A stretch of DNA of 63,474 nt, filler included, from Octopus bimaculoides (Eukaryota): NCBI RefSeq assembly GCF_001194135.2. It is 6 parts of 6 records of this genome, joined end to end, with 100 filler letters (N's around TTAATTAATTAA, not from the genome) between each part and the next. Parts side by side here need not be neighbours in the genome. Positions count along the whole stretch, not along the records: positions 50,812 to 63,474 come from NC_068990.1; 5 more parts are not named here. One strand, written 5' to 3'. A program made the position numbers and the translations under genes. Shown here piece by piece: positions 62,410-63,474 of the stretch (within the stretch, counting starts at the first letter, position 1; every line of letters begins with the position of its first letter). The notes beneath the pieces were generated by a model. That model saw only the letters and a list, made by a program, of their open reading frames with translations. It had not been told where the DNA came from and ran no database searches.

Positions 62410-62900
62410 TTAGGTACAAGGCCTGAAAATTTGCAGGAGGAGATTAGTCGATTACATCGACCCTAGTGTTTGGGTAGTACTTAATTTATCGATCCCGAAA
62501 GGACGAGAGGCAAAGGCGTTCTCGTCAGAATTTGAACTCAGAACGTAAAAACAGCCTTATACCTTCATAAAATGATGGGTTCAAATTTTTGGTACAAGGC
62601 CAGTAATTTGTGAGGAGAGAGGGATTACGTCGAATACATCGACTCCAGTAGTCAACTGGTACTTATTTCATTGACCTCGAAAGGATGAATGGTAAAGTCG
62701 ACTTCGGCGGAATTTGAACTCAAAGCATAAAAATGGACGAAATGCCGCTGAGCTTCTGTTTGGCCGGCATACTAACGATTCTGCCATTTCACCGCCTTAT
62801 AACTCTATACAGTAATCCTTTCTACTATAGGCACAAGGCCTGAAGTTTTAGGGGAGGGGGCTAATCTATATCATCGACCCTAGTGCTCAACTGTCTAAGA
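62410..62900 (-). mobile_element. Three tandem SINE family B copies or fragments
   Basis: The acaaggcc...tcgaccc unit repeats at ~62415, ~62595 and ~62830. Confidence 0.8.
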
Positions 62901-63002
62901 GCATTCTTCTATAGCTCCGATCCGACTGATGCCTTGTGAGAGGAGTAAATTTAGCACAGAATAATTGTGGGGGAAACTCATCATATACATACATCCCACT
63001 CC

Positions 63003-63046
<44 letters not shown>

Positions 63047-63069
63047 CTATGTACTGATGTATATATTTA

Positions 63070-63450
63070 TATCTTTCATCTCATTTCAGTCATTTGACTG
63101 AGGCCTTGCTGGAGCACCGATTTGAAAGGTTTTAGTCGTGGAAATCGACCCCAGGACTTATTTTTCTAAGCCTAGTACTCATTCTATCGACCCTTTTGTC
63201 GAACAGCTAGCTTAAGGGGACACGAACACACCAACACCGGTTGACAAGCGGTGGACAAACAGATACAAAGACACACACACACATTGATATATATATACGA
63301 CGGGCTTCTTTCAGTTTCCGTCGGCCAAATTCACTCACAAAGTTTTGCTCGGTCCGAGGCTATAGTAGAAGACACTTGGCCAAAGGGCCACACAGTGAGA
63401 CTGAACCCAGAACCATGTAGTTGGGAAGCAGGCTTCTTACCACACATCCA
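63070..63450 (-). mobile_element. SINE family A, near full length
   Basis: catttgactgaggccttgctggagcacc...acgacgggcttctttcagtttccg...cttcttaccacac. Confidence 0.92.
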
Positions 63451-63474
63451 CGCTTGCGCATGCATATATATATA

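Overview
AT-rich, microsatellite-dense animal genomic DNA with about 5-6 kb of N gaps and five artificial N44-TTAATTAATTAA-N44 scaffold linkers. The SINE families and repeat landscape match my recollection of octopus (coleoid cephalopod) genomes; this species call is inference. Most of the window is transposon debris. It includes four tRNA-headed SINE types, two full-length mariner pseudogenes, a Tc1 with DD36E spacing, hATm, Academ-like, Tigger-like, hAT and piggyBac MITE remnants, and CR1/L2, RTE, HERO, Penelope and Dong/R4 retroelement remnants. Only one host coding exon is well supported: a minus-strand, poly-Gln exon at 31271-30575 ending in a canonical GTAAGT donor; its gene is unidentified. 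The most notable observation is a 352-bp, highly self-complementary unit bounded by 70-bp direct repeats (19445-19866). It carries a type I hammerhead ribozyme fold and is a candidate non-LTR retrozyme. Other notable structures are an 88-bp near-perfect palindrome (40443-40530) and an inverted pair of full-length SINEs that could form long dsRNA.
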